DNA of 64,000 nt from positions 1 to 64,000 of the IMG/VR virus record IMGVR_UViG_3300046457_000118; one strand, written 5' to 3'. This stretch comes from a virus. Shown piece by piece: positions 26,602-36,923 of the stretch. The notes beneath the pieces are model-generated. The model saw nothing but the letters and a program-made list of their open reading frames with translations, was not told the DNA's origin and ran no database searches. Positions within the stretch are counted from its first letter, which is position 1. Each line of letters begins with the position of its first letter. The position numbers and the translations under genes are program-made.

Positions 26602-29301
26602 TTGCATCATCTCGACTTCGGTGGCGACGCACCGTATCCCGTTGCGCTCCTGTTCAAGCCCGGTGCGTTCAACAAGAACGATCTGGTTCGCTACTATGTC
26701 GAACCGCTCATCACTCTCGGCATAGCGGCCACCGATCTCGTTGCCTTCACCCTCGATGTGCAAGGCAAGAAGGTCACGGCACCCGTGGCCAAGGCCTACC
26801 TTGAAAACCTGCTGCCTGCACTGGATTCACTGGGTACCAAGTACCTGTACGTGTGTGACAGCGAGTATTTCAAGGTGATGACCAAGGCCAAACAGGCCGA
26901 TCCCAACATCGGCTATGCCCTGCCCTGTACCATCAAGGGCTATGAACACATGACCGTGGTGCTGGGGGTGAACTACCAGCAACTCATCTACGATCCACGG
27001 GTACAGGACAAGCTGGACCTGACCCTGACCGCACTGGGCACGGCTGTCACGGGCACCTACATGGCCCCTGGCACTGGCATCATCCACGAGGCAGTGTACC
27101 CAGAAGGCTCCAGATCGATCCGAGAGGCGCTGGAAGCCCTCATGGAGTACCCAACCCTCACCTGCGACATCGAGTCCTTCTCGCTGCGTTTCTGGGACGC
27201 TGGCATCGGTACGATAGCTTTTGCTCCGGACCGGCACCGTGGCGTAGCGTTCCCGGTGGACTACCAGCCGCACAAGATCATCTGTCCGGAAGCGGAAAGG
27301 AGAGAGGGCCATGGCCGCTATGTGCCCAACCTCGAAGTGCGAAGCCATCTGAAATGGTTCTTCGAGAACTACCAAGGCAAGCTGATCTTCCACAACGCCA
27401 ACTATGACGTGAAGGTGATCGTGTATGTGCTGTGGATGCAGAGCCTGCTCGACACCAAGGGACTGCTGGATGGCTTGGAGATCATGTGCCGGAACATCGA
27501 GGACACCAAGATCATCGCCTATCTGGCCACCAACTCCACCGCAGGCAATGTGCTGCGGCTGAAGGCACTGGCACAGGAGTTTGCCGGTAACTGGGCGGTG
27601 GACGAGATCGCGGATATCCGCATGACGCCCTTGCCTCAACTCCTGCAATACAACCTTGTGGACTGCCTATCCACATGGTACGTGTACACCAAGTACCGTC
27701 CCATCATGGTGGCTGACCAGCAGGAAGAGTTGTATGCCGGCCTGATGCTGTCCTCGATGCGCTTGATCGTGCAGATCGAACTGACCGGCATGCCCATGTC
27801 CAAGCGTAAGATCGCGGAAGGCAAGGCCAAGCTGGAAGCTCTGCGTGACAAGTACGAAGTGATCATTCGTGCCCACCCGCTCGTGGACAAGTACGAGACA
27901 CTGGCAACCGACTTCAAGTGGGAGAAGGACTTCGAGGACCGTAAAGCCAAGGCCAAGAACCCGGACAAGATCAAGCCAAAGGACAGAGCTACCTTCCCTC
28001 GCCATGTGTTCAACCCGAACAGTGGCGATCAGGTCAGGGACATCGTGTACGACAGTACCATGATGGACATGCCGATCCTTGACCTGACTGATAGTGGTCA
28101 AGCAGCGACCGGTGCCGATACCTTAGAGAAGCTGCTGCACCATACCGAGGATGCCAGCTACAAGGAGTTCATCGAGGCATTGACGGACTTCAGTGAGGTG
28201 TCGAAGATTCTCTCGACCTTCATCCCAGCGTTCGAGGGTGCCATCAACAAAGACCCAAGGACGCCTGATGTGGTCTGGCTGCATGGCAGTCTGAACCTTG
28301 GTGGTACGGTGTCTGGCCGCTTGTCGTCCAGCGATCCGAACCTGCAAAACCTGCCGTCCAAGTCCACCTTCGCCAAGCTGATCAAGGAGATGTTCATCGC
28401 TCCGGAAGGCTGGCTGTTCGGTGGTGCCGACTTCAACTCGCTGGAAGACATGATCAGCGCCTTGACCACCAAGGACAGCAACAAGCTGAAGGTCTATACC
28501 GATGGCTTCGATGGGCACTCGTTGCGGGCAGCGTACTACTTCAAGGAGGACTTGGAAAAGGAAGGTATCTTCATCGACCTGAACGATCCGAAGTCGGTCA
28601 ACCAGTTGAAGAAGATGGCTTCCACCGGCAAGGAGCATCCGTTCCGCCAGGACTCGAAGGCTCCTACCTTCCTGCTGACCTATGGAGGCACTTACCACGG
28701 CATGATGTCCAACCTTGGCTGGCCCAAGGAAATGTCCATGGCCATCGAGGCGAACTACCACAATCTGTATCAGGAATCGGATCGGTACGTGGCACGTCGT
28801 CTGGAACAGGCCACTCACGATGGCTACGTCACCGTGGCTTTCGGTCTGCGAGTCCGGACACCCCTGCTCGCGCAGGTCGTGTGGGGTTCGTCCCGCATGC
28901 CCAATGAAGCCAAGGCAGAAGGAAGGACTGCCGGTAACGCCATGGGCCAGTCGTACGGTTTGTTGAACAACCGTGCTGCGGTGGACTTCATGCGTAAGGT
29001 CTGGGCTTCCAAGTATCGCTACGACATCAAGCCAGTCAATCTCATTCACGATGCCGCGTACTTCGTATGGCGTGACAATGCCGAGGTTACTGAGTTCGTT
29101 AACCGTGAACTGATCGCCTCTATGCGCTGGCAGGAACTGCCGGAGATTCAGCATGATCAGGTCAATCTCGGTGCGGCTCTGGACATCTTCTGGCCAAGCT
29201 GGGCAAACGGTATCACCCTATCCAACGACTGCGACCAAGCCACCATCATCAAGGTGTGTGAGGAAGCCACCAATGAGTACTATGGAAAGGAGGCAGCATG
29301 A
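26602..29301 (+). CDS. Family A DNA polymerase with 3'-5' exonuclease (N4 gp39)
   Basis: CDIES, HNANYD, YNLVD, SGRLSSSDPNLQN, DFNSLE, RQDSKAPTFLLTYGG, IHDA. Confidence 0.95.
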   Translation: MHHLDFGGDAPYPVALLFKPGAFNKNDLVRYYVEPLITLGIAATDLVAFTLDVQGKKVTAPVAKAYLENLLPALDSLGTKYLYVCDSEYFKVMTKAKQADPNIGYALPCTIKGYEHMTVVLGVNYQQLIYDPRVQDKLDLTLTALGTAVTGTYMAPGTGIIHEAVYPEGSRSIREALEALMEYPTLTCDIESFSLRFWDAGIGTIAFAPDRHRGVAFPVDYQPHKIICPEAERREGHGRYVPNLEVRSHLKWFFENYQGKLIFHNANYDVKVIVYVLWMQSLLDTKGLLDGLEIMCRNIEDTKIIAYLATNSTAGNVLRLKALAQEFAGNWAVDEIADIRMTPLPQLLQYNLVDCLSTWYVYTKYRPIMVADQQEELYAGLMLSSMRLIVQIELTGMPMSKRKIAEGKAKLEALRDKYEVIIRAHPLVDKYETLATDFKWEKDFEDRKAKAKNPDKIKPKDRATFPRHVFNPNSGDQVRDIVYDSTMMDMPILDLTDSGQAATGADTLEKLLHHTEDASYKEFIEALTDFSEVSKILSTFIPAFEGAINKDPRTPDVVWLHGSLNLGGTVSGRLSSSDPNLQNLPSKSTFAKLIKEMFIAPEGWLFGGADFNSLEDMISALTTKDSNKLKVYTDGFDGHSLRAAYYFKEDLEKEGIFIDLNDPKSVNQLKKMASTGKEHPFRQDSKAPTFLLTYGGTYHGMMSNLGWPKEMSMAIEANYHNLYQESDRYVARRLEQATHDGYVTVAFGLRVRTPLLAQVVWGSSRMPNEAKAEGRTAGNAMGQSYGLLNNRAAVDFMRKVWASKYRYDIKPVNLIHDAAYFVWRDNAEVTEFVNRELIASMRWQELPEIQHDQVNLGAALDIFWPSWANGITLSNDCDQATIIKVCEEATNEYYGKEAA

Positions 29302-29486
29302 CCCTCTTCGATTGGCTCATGACATGGGAGAAGATCGATCTTGCCAAGGCACTGGCCCAGCATGCAAAGGAAAAGGCCCACCTCTTGGATGAGGTGGACC
29401 GCCTGGAACATGAGGTGTTCTGGATGAAAGTCGCTGACCGAAACCAAGGAGAACAAAGTGAAGTACACACCCGCTCAAATGACTGA
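29298..29486 (+). CDS. Small hypothetical protein
   Basis: 62 aa, ATGA overlap, AGGAGG RBS. Confidence 0.6.
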   Translation: MTLFDWLMTWEKIDLAKALAQHAKEKAHLLDEVDRLEHEVFWMKVADRNQGEQSEVHTRSND

Positions 29487-29739
29487 CTGGGTTCAGACCG
29501 CAGAACAACCTCCTGTCCACCATGGAGAGTACAACGCTTCAGTCCTGAAGTCGAGTGTGCTTGTCCGTTGGTGGAATGGGGAGTACTGGTCCGAACCCTA
29601 TATGGACACCTTCTCGGAAGAGTCCAAGCAACGACTTCGCCGTAAGCGTTCCATGAACGACCCACGAAATATTTACTACCGTGGCTTGCGGGTCAAGCCT
29701 CGGGTGCACAGCATCCACTACCTCCTACCTCTCAAGTAA
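29458..29739 (+). CDS. Hypothetical protein
   Basis: PPVHHGEY...RWWNGEYW...YRGL. Confidence 0.65.
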   Translation: MKYTPAQMTDWVQTAEQPPVHHGEYNASVLKSSVLVRWWNGEYWSEPYMDTFSEESKQRLRRKRSMNDPRNIYYRGLRVKPRVHSIHYLLPLK

Positions 29740-29748
29740 GGAAAGCAT

Positions 29749-30246
29749 ATGGCAATGACCCCTATTCACGGTGACGCTACAATCGGACAGACGCGAAGGC
29801 TGTACAACATTTGGCGTGGAATGCGTCAGCGTTGCACTAACCCCAAGGCATCCTACTATGCCATTTACGGTGGTAGTGGTATTACAGTCACTCCTGAATG
29901 GGATGACTATCGTACCTTCCGTGAATGGGCGTTGTTGCATGGGTATGCCGACCATCTCACTATTGAACGCCGTAACGGCACGAAGAACTATGAACCGAAT
30001 AACTGCTACTGGGCAGACAACAATACGCAAGCAGCCAATAAACGTAAGCGTGACGGCCAGACTTCGCAGTTCATCGGCGTAGCTCCGAACAAGAAAGGCT
30101 GGCAATCCTATGTCAGCTTTAAAGGGGTACGAACTCACCTTGGCACCTATCCAACGGAGTTGGAAGCTGCACAGGCACGCGATACCTTCATAAAACAAAA
30201 CAGCTTGCCCCACAAGCTAAATTTTGAGGACACATCATGCAAGTAA
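29749..30246 (+). mobile_element. Second HNH-AP2 homing endonuclease
   Basis: WRGMRQRC, YGGSGI, TIERRNGTKNYEPNNCYW, FIGV...HLGTYPTELEAAQARD. Confidence 0.85.
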
Positions 30247-32687
30247 GTGAGCAGAAAGATTTTGTGACACATGCCGTCATTGGCGGCGGTCAGACCATCG
30301 ACTTCGGGATTTCCAACAGTGCCGAGTTCTTCAACATCCTGTCCTCGACCTTGTACAAGGATCAAATTCTGGCAGTGGTACGTGAAGTGCTCTGCAATGC
30401 GTGGGATGCCCATATCGAAGCTGGCTGCACCGACAAGCCAGTTGAAATCACTTTGACTGACGACAAATTCGTCATCAAGGATTTCGGCAAGGGTATCCAC
30501 CGGGATGACATGGGCCTGATCTACGGCACCTATGGTAACTCGACCAAGAAGAACGATGGCAAGCAGACGGGTGGCTTCGGCCTTGGCTGCAAGGCACCGT
30601 TTGCGTACACCGATCACTTCGAGGTCCAATCGAACCATGATCATGTGCGTACCATCTACAACCTGTCCAAGTCGAGTGCACAGGCTCAAGGCAAGCCAGG
30701 TATCGTACCGATTGCCAGCTTTCCATCCTTGGAGACTGGCTTGCAGGTGTCGATCCCTGTCTTGAACAGCGATGACCATCGCCGCTTCCGTCACCTGATC
30801 CGTCGCATCGTCCGTAATGGCGACATGAACATGAAGCTTAACGGTGAGCAGTTGCCTCGTCTCGGATTCGATACGAGTGCGGCCAACGTCATGATCACAC
30901 TCGACGAGTCTGTCATCGACAACCAGACCCGCATCATGGTCCGGTACGGCAACGTGATCTATCCGGTGGACAAAGCCAATGAACTGGCCAACCTGTATTC
31001 GCGGATCGTCGATCATCTGCACAAGATGAGCCACTACGACAGGAAGTACAGCATCATCTTCCAGGCACCGCCGCACTCCATCGCCGTCACGCCAAGCCGT
31101 GAATCGCTGTCGATGCAGGGACATACCACCAAGACCCTGACCACGTTATTCAGTGACTTCCTGACCATGGTGGCACAGGACTTCCCGCTTGTATGCGACG
31201 AGTTTGCCATCGCTGCGGTGGACGAAGCGGTCAAGGAAGAACGCATCGACAACCTGCTTGATCCGGAGGGACGCTTACCCATCAAGAAGGCTAATGCCTT
31301 CGTGCCATCGCGTATCACCGATCTGATCACGATGGCTCGTCGCTTCATGGAGACGAACTACCCGCAGGATATCCAGTTTCGCAAGCGTGACATCGCCTAC
31401 CGGCTGAAGGAGATGGTCAAGGCCAAGCAACTGGATCGTGGCTTGGTGCAGACCTATCTGCGTGCACTGGATACGGTGGCCGGTCATGGCACTTACAACC
31501 GTCAAAGCAGCGACTGGTTGCAGAAGCATGTGATAGGTCGTCTGGCAGGCAAGCTGATCAAGTCCGGCCTGCTGGTAGACAAGTTGTACGTGTTCGATCC
31601 GGAAGACCAGAATGCTCCACGAGGCTACAACCGTGGCAAGGCAGAAGTTCCGATTGTCCATGCAAGCAAAGTCTGTCCACAGCATCTGTTCAATACCTTG
31701 CCTTACCTGCGCAACATCGTGGTGCTGGCGACCTCTACCCATAACTTGGGGGAACGCTGCAAGAAACATGATGTCTTCAAGAAGCTGGGTGCTTCCACTG
31801 GCTTCGTGTTCTACCATGTCGGCCTGAAGAAATCGGACCGGGAACAGGCAGTCGCCTTCTTCCAAACCACAGGCATGCAAGTGGTGGACCTGACCTTCAA
31901 GCAAGAGTGGGAGATCGAGAAGTACAACGGTGTGCCTGTGACGCTGGCACCTCGCAAAAAGGCCAAGAAAGGTGTGGCTTGCCTAACCAGTGTCCTAGCG
32001 GATAAAGGCTCGATTTACCTGTCGAACTTCATGGAAGAGGATGCTGCCCGCATCGAGAATCCCGAGTTCATGGTCGAGGTATCGCTGCGTAATGACGTGT
32101 CCAAGCACTCATTGGGTTACGACTGGAATGGTGTGGCTTCACGCTATGTCGTTGACCTGTTCGGTGACAAGGGCGGCATCACAAACAACTCGGCCATCAT
32201 GGAGAAGTGGCTGGCTACCGGTGCCAAGAAGATGATCGACTACGTGCAGGAGAAGGTTTGCCTGTACATGACAACCAGTCCCACGATCCAAGAGTACTGG
32301 CAGTACAACTTTGATCGGGTGCAGGCGATTGATGGCATGAGCTACTCAAGTCTGCATGGCACGATCTATGGCAATAAAAAGTTGCGTGCTGAGTACGGGC
32401 TGGTGGACAACCTGACCGAAGAAGACAAGAAGTACATGTGCCTGTGGGACGTGCTAGTGAACAAGCACTATCGGTACTCCACCACACCTGCGGAAGTACT
32501 CAAGGTCAAGGAACACTTGAAGAACATCCCCATTCATCAGGCCAACCTTGATCTGGTAAAGAAGTTCAAAGGCAACAGACTACTTAATGTGATCAATGAT
32601 CATGGTTTGTCCAGCATCATCAACAAAGGTAGCCCTACCGAAGCAGAGGAAGCCATCGCCCTGCTCAATCGCATCCTCAACAAATAA
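30237..32687 (+). CDS. rIIA: rIIA-like protein (GHKL ATPase N-terminus)
   Basis: LSSTLY, REVLCNAWDAH, DFGKGI, GGFGLGCK, PSRESL. Confidence 0.88.
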   Translation: MQVSEQKDFVTHAVIGGGQTIDFGISNSAEFFNILSSTLYKDQILAVVREVLCNAWDAHIEAGCTDKPVEITLTDDKFVIKDFGKGIHRDDMGLIYGTYGNSTKKNDGKQTGGFGLGCKAPFAYTDHFEVQSNHDHVRTIYNLSKSSAQAQGKPGIVPIASFPSLETGLQVSIPVLNSDDHRRFRHLIRRIVRNGDMNMKLNGEQLPRLGFDTSAANVMITLDESVIDNQTRIMVRYGNVIYPVDKANELANLYSRIVDHLHKMSHYDRKYSIIFQAPPHSIAVTPSRESLSMQGHTTKTLTTLFSDFLTMVAQDFPLVCDEFAIAAVDEAVKEERIDNLLDPEGRLPIKKANAFVPSRITDLITMARRFMETNYPQDIQFRKRDIAYRLKEMVKAKQLDRGLVQTYLRALDTVAGHGTYNRQSSDWLQKHVIGRLAGKLIKSGLLVDKLYVFDPEDQNAPRGYNRGKAEVPIVHASKVCPQHLFNTLPYLRNIVVLATSTHNLGERCKKHDVFKKLGASTGFVFYHVGLKKSDREQAVAFFQTTGMQVVDLTFKQEWEIEKYNGVPVTLAPRKKAKKGVACLTSVLADKGSIYLSNFMEEDAARIENPEFMVEVSLRNDVSKHSLGYDWNGVASRYVVDLFGDKGGITNNSAIMEKWLATGAKKMIDYVQEKVCLYMTTSPTIQEYWQYNFDRVQAIDGMSYSSLHGTIYGNKKLRAEYGLVDNLTEEDKKYMCLWDVLVNKHYRYSTTPAEVLKVKEHLKNIPIHQANLDLVKKFKGNRLLNVINDHGLSSIINKGSPTEAEEAIALLNRILNK

Positions 32688-32696
32688 AGGAAACCA

Positions 32697-34565
32697 ATGA
32701 ATACCATTCGCATCGTGGCGGCTGTCGTCGATACCCGGCAGCTCACCATCTACAAGGAAGACGGTAGCACCATGCTGATCCCGCAAGGCGATCCGCGTCT
32801 GCGTCGTATCCTCGAAGTCGCTACCCCGCAGTTGCAGTCGCAGGGATGGGCCGACGTGGAAATCTCGGAAGTGGCAGAGAACAGCTATGCCGACTTTCAA
32901 GAACAGTCGAAGGGCATCCGCTTTTTTCGTGTGGCGAAGGAACGACTCAAAAAGCTGCTCAAGCTGGAAGATACTCCCAACAACGGTCACGTTGAATCGC
33001 AGGTGGTAGGTTCGGTGCCTAAGCCCCCGTCGCCTGCCGCCACTGTCCAACCGGCTACGCCGGTCGGCGTGGCTACGGCTCCGGTGGCTACAGAGGATGA
33101 TGACACTGTACCGGTACTGACGGATGTGTTGGTGCAGGGTACCGATGATCAGGAAGAGACCTTCGAGCCAGTCGAACAGGTACCGGAAACCAAGGTCGAA
33201 CAGACCATGAGTGCCATCGACGAAATTATCGCCCATGCTGTGCCGGTCACGGACCCGAACTTCCATGAGCGGGACATCGTGAAGCAGCGTCCGATGGCAA
33301 TCGGCGGCTCGACCTCGAATGATCACCCGAACGACTCGGCAGAAGACACCATCATCGCCGTGGTCAACGACAAGGTGATCCCCGGTGTCGAACTGATCAA
33401 GTCGCAGTTCGGTCGTGCGGCCAAGATGGGTTCGACCAAAGGCGTTGAGCGTTTCCTCGAACGTCTTGCCGGTGTCATCGAGTCGCGGTCGCACTCGGTC
33501 GAAGACCTGCTGAAGTTCATGGAACGTGCGGACCTGCCCATCGCTGACGACGGCTCGATTATCATCTACAAGGTACTGCGTCGTTTCGGCGACAAGTACG
33601 TGGACTGCCACACCGGCAACGTCCAGCAGTGGGTGGGTGCCTACGTCTGCATGGACCCTTCGCTGGTGGACCGCAACCGCAACAACGAGTGCAGCAATGG
33701 CCTGCACGTCGCTCGCCGTGGTTACATCAGTGGCTTCAGCGGTAACGTCTGCGTGCTCGCCAAGCTCGCGCCGGAAGACGTGATCACGGTCCCGACCTAC
33801 GACGCCAACAAGATGCGTGTCTGCGGATACCACATCCTGAAGGAACTGCCGGATGGCCTGTACTCGCTGCTGAAGTCCAACCGTGCCATCACGCAGACGG
33901 ACGATGGCAAGCGTATCCTCGCTGATGCCATCAGTGGCAACCACGTCCGGAAGACGCATGAGGTCCGCATCACCGGTAGCAGGGGTGCGGGTGTCATCGT
34001 CAAGGACATCCCGAAGGATGAGGAACCGGCTCCGATCCTGACACCGGAAGCTCCGGCAGAAGTGGAAGCCATCCCGGATGATCACAGCACGGCTGACAAG
34101 CCTGTCGTACCGGCTGAAGTCGAGCAGGTGGCACAGGCTACCCTGACCCGTAAGGAGCAGGCACAGAAGCTGTACGATCTGTGGCAGCAGGCCAGTACGG
34201 AGGCCGAGAAGTCCACGGCTCTGGATGCACTGGTGCTGTTCAAGAAAGCGGCCAAGGTAGGCTGGGATCGTCTCGGTATTCCTGATCCGACTGCAACTGG
34301 AGCCATTGCACCACAAGGTACACCAGCCAAGATAAAGCTGACTACCGCAGCCAAGCAGACTGCTCCGGTCAAGCAGGCTCTGCCTGCTGCGTCGGAAGGC
34401 TCCCCTCGTGAGCGTATCGCCAAGCTGATGGAGATCGGTCTGGACTCCGCTGGCGTGGCCCAGAAGGTCTACGACATCAAGAAGGCGTCGAAGAAAAGCT
34501 GGGAAGTCCTTGGCTTGACAGGAGAACAGTCGGCCAAGGTGCTCAAGGCTATCGGAAAGGAGTAA
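32697..34565 (+). CDS. rIIB: rIIB-like protein
   Basis: DLPIADDGSIIIYK, VDCHTG, ECSNGLHV, KMRVCGY. Confidence 0.88.
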   Translation: MNTIRIVAAVVDTRQLTIYKEDGSTMLIPQGDPRLRRILEVATPQLQSQGWADVEISEVAENSYADFQEQSKGIRFFRVAKERLKKLLKLEDTPNNGHVESQVVGSVPKPPSPAATVQPATPVGVATAPVATEDDDTVPVLTDVLVQGTDDQEETFEPVEQVPETKVEQTMSAIDEIIAHAVPVTDPNFHERDIVKQRPMAIGGSTSNDHPNDSAEDTIIAVVNDKVIPGVELIKSQFGRAAKMGSTKGVERFLERLAGVIESRSHSVEDLLKFMERADLPIADDGSIIIYKVLRRFGDKYVDCHTGNVQQWVGAYVCMDPSLVDRNRNNECSNGLHVARRGYISGFSGNVCVLAKLAPEDVITVPTYDANKMRVCGYHILKELPDGLYSLLKSNRAITQTDDGKRILADAISGNHVRKTHEVRITGSRGAGVIVKDIPKDEEPAPILTPEAPAEVEAIPDDHSTADKPVVPAEVEQVAQATLTRKEQAQKLYDLWQQASTEAEKSTALDALVLFKKAAKVGWDRLGIPDPTATGAIAPQGTPAKIKLTTAAKQTAPVKQALPAASEGSPRERIAKLMEIGLDSAGVAQKVYDIKKASKKSWEVLGLTGEQSAKVLKAIGKE

Positions 34566-34568
34566 TCC

Positions 34569-34838
34569 ATGAGCGACTTCAACACCAAGGTGCAAGGCAT
34601 ACCTTGTGTGTGCCGAGTCACCCACTACCGGCCTGCTGTACCGGGCCGGATCAGTGGTCCACCGGAAGACTGCTATCCGGACGAGCCTTCAGAGTTCGAG
34701 TTTGAACTCCTGAACACCAGTGGCAAGGGTGCACCGATGTTCTGGCTTCAGAAGAAGGTGACCGACGAAGACGAAGCCAGATTGCAAGATGAGTACGAAG
34801 CCCATGTCACTGCCATCAAGCATGGGATGGACTTCTGA
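34569..34838 (+). CDS. Conserved phage hypothetical protein
   Basis: GIPC...SGPPEDCYPDEPSEFEFE...WL. Confidence 0.75.
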   Translation: MSDFNTKVQGIPCVCRVTHYRPAVPGRISGPPEDCYPDEPSEFEFELLNTSGKGAPMFWLQKKVTDEDEARLQDEYEAHVTAIKHGMDF

Positions 34839-34993
34839 TGGAACCTTACGATCCCATCTACTTCGACTTGGTTAAACAGGAAGGCAAGCTGTCACCTGAA
34901 TTGGAAAGGCTTTACCAGTCCCTGAAGGCCATGACCGAATCGAAACCTGAACCGTATCGGCATCCGTTCCTGAACGGTGAAACTCAAGAGTAA
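34838..34993 (+). CDS. Small hypothetical protein (51 aa)
   Basis: Not in track. TGATG coupling; MEPYDPIYFDLVKQEG... Confidence 0.55.
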   Translation: MEPYDPIYFDLVKQEGKLSPELERLYQSLKAMTESKPEPYRHPFLNGETQE

Positions 34994-35046
34994 TCAATCC
35001 CGCTCCCTCGGCAACGAGGGGGCATCATCCCCCCAAAGAGGAAACC

Positions 35047-36363
35047 ATGAAACAACAGAAGACGTATTTCGCGTGGATCAACGACCATTCCGGTTCGATG
35101 CAGGACATTGCCCAAGCGGCCCTGAAGGACTTCAACGCGAACATTGAAGCAGTCGTGCAAGCCACCAGTGACAAGAAGTTGGACGCCATCGTGTCCGTGA
35201 TTCGTCTGGGCATCGGTGATTCGGGGCGTGGTGTCGAGCGCACCATCGTGAACTCGAATCCCCATGTCCTGAAGCCGATGGAGGACTGGCCAACGCCGGG
35301 TGGTACACCGCTGTATGATGCCATCGGCAATGCCATCGAACTGGGTGAATCCCTGCCGGATGCCAAGGAAGACCATGTGTCCTTCCTGATCACCATCACC
35401 ACGGACGGAGATGAACTGCATTCGCAAAAGTACAACGGCTTCACGATCAAGAAGCGGATCAAGGAAATGCAGGATACCGGTCGCTGGACCTTCGTGTTCC
35501 GTGTCCCGGCATCGTGTGTCGATGCAGTCAAAGACCTTGGCGTCCCGTTGGACAACATCCAGGCGTGGGATGTCAGTGAGAAGGGCATGGCCCAATCGAC
35601 CGCTGCAACCGCAGCCGCCATCGATTCCTACGTCACCACCCGTGCATCCGGCAAGAAGGCGACTGGCGGCTTTTTCGCCAATGCCACCAACGTCAACCTC
35701 GCCCAACTGGACGATGTATCGGCCCAGTACAAGCTGTACGTGGTGCCGGATGTCGATGCCGATGACGGCATGATGATCAGTGCCTTCATGCTGCGTCATC
35801 GCATGCAGTACCTGAAAGGTGCAGCCTTCTACCAACTGGTGAAGACCGAATCGAAGGTCGGTCCGGACAAGGCGATCCTGATCCAAGAGCGCACCACCGG
35901 CAAGGTGTACGGTGGCCAGCAGGCACGTGACATGCTGGGCATCCCACGCGGTCAGAACGCACGTCTGCATCCGGGTCAGCTTACCGGCTACAACGTGTTC
36001 ATCCAGTCCACTTCGTGGAACCGCAAGCTGCCCAAGGGTACTGGCGTGCTGTACAACGACAAGCTGGGTGTGCCGTTCACGCAGGAAGAACTCGACCGCT
36101 TCACGCTGCCCGCTGCACCGAAGGTCGTTCCCTCGGCACCGGTCTCGGCTATGCTGCCGGAAGTGAACAACACCAGCGGCAAGCCGGTGAAGTCCACTAT
36201 GCCGATCACGCAGCCATTGCAACCGGTGTTCTACAACACCCGTGACGATGCGCGTCGTGACAAGCAGATGAACGGTGCCGACTACATCGATCTGGGCAGC
36301 GACAAGCCAAAGGGTCAACGCTTTCAGCAGACCAAGCGTCCAAGCCACAAGCAGACGGCGTAA
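35047..36363 (+). CDS. vWA-domain protein with unknown C-terminal domain
   Basis: DHSGSM MIDAS, GTPLYDAI, TTDGDE; C-terminal YLKGAAFYQL..K.E..., FIQSTS.NRKL. Confidence 0.8.
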   Translation: MKQQKTYFAWINDHSGSMQDIAQAALKDFNANIEAVVQATSDKKLDAIVSVIRLGIGDSGRGVERTIVNSNPHVLKPMEDWPTPGGTPLYDAIGNAIELGESLPDAKEDHVSFLITITTDGDELHSQKYNGFTIKKRIKEMQDTGRWTFVFRVPASCVDAVKDLGVPLDNIQAWDVSEKGMAQSTAATAAAIDSYVTTRASGKKATGGFFANATNVNLAQLDDVSAQYKLYVVPDVDADDGMMISAFMLRHRMQYLKGAAFYQLVKTESKVGPDKAILIQERTTGKVYGGQQARDMLGIPRGQNARLHPGQLTGYNVFIQSTSWNRKLPKGTGVLYNDKLGVPFTQEELDRFTLPAAPKVVPSAPVSAMLPEVNNTSGKPVKSTMPITQPLQPVFYNTRDDARRDKQMNGADYIDLGSDKPKGQRFQQTKRPSHKQTA

Positions 36364-36371
36364 AAACACAA

Positions 36372-36485
36372 AAGCCACCTCGTGGGTGGCTTCGGTGTAG
36401 ATAAGGATCACCTTCCTTTCGGTAGTTGATGCGTTGCTCTAAGTAAATAATATTTGCTCAGGGTACTAGCGTCAACTACTTTTTT
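36372..36485 (+). other. Structured convergent intergenic element (short hairpin, 16S-tail-like motif, long G-U hairpin with T6)
   Basis: AAGCCACC/GGTGGCTT; GGATCACCTTCCTTTC; GTAGTTGATGC...GCGTCAACTAC followed by TTTTTT. Confidence 0.5.
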
Positions 36486-36772
36486 CCTGCAAGGGCGGCA
36501 GTCCGACAGATGTTGTACTGACCGCCCACTTCCACCAGCTTGCTTACCGTGGCACCGAAGGAACCGTCACTGAGCGGCGTCAGTTCCGGACACGCTGCGA
36601 TCACCAACGGGTCCGGTCTTGCCGGTAAGGGCTGCGTTGATGTTGCGCAGGACTGAAGGGTCATTGACACAATCATGATAAACAGGATTGTCTCTAACGA
36701 TTGTCTCCACTTGCCCTTTGATGGTCGTGTTGCGTACCACGATCTTACTGATTGCATCTGCTGCTCCTTCAT
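36476..36772 (-). CDS. o-spanin (Rz1-like lipoprotein); true start probably downstream of 36772
   Basis: Lipobox LQSC after hydrophobic stretch, Pro-rich CPEL..L, overlaps i-spanin in another frame. Confidence 0.75.
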   Translation of the reverse strand: MKEQQMQSVRSWYATRPSKGKWRQSLETILFIMIVSMTLQSCATSTQPLPARPDPLVIAACPELTPLSDGSFGATVSKLVEVGGQYNICRTAALAGKK

Positions 36773-36923
36773 TCGCCATTTTGCGAGTATCTTCGATAAC
36801 CTGCTTCAGTTCAGCAGCCTTGGCTTTGTCCGAAGAGGACTTGTAGTCCATGCCAAACCAGAAAGCACCGATTACCGAAGCTATCCACAAGAACACGACG
36901 ATCAACAGTTCATTGATCTTCAT
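36567..36923 (-). CDS. i-spanin (Rz-like)
   Basis: N-terminal TM, coiled coil, PVY.DC; follows endolysin. Confidence 0.8.
   Translation of the reverse strand: MKINELLIVVFLWIASVIGAFWFGMDYKSSSDKAKAAELKQVIEDTRKMANEGAADAISKIVVRNTTIKGQVETIVRDNPVYHDCVNDPSVLRNINAALTGKTGPVGDRSVSGTDAAQ

Noticed and set aside
34984-36411. 475-aa minus-strand ORF preceded by a purine-rich SD-like string
   Set aside because: Entirely antisense to the vWA gene; the SD-like string abuts the GTG start; shadow-ORF composition
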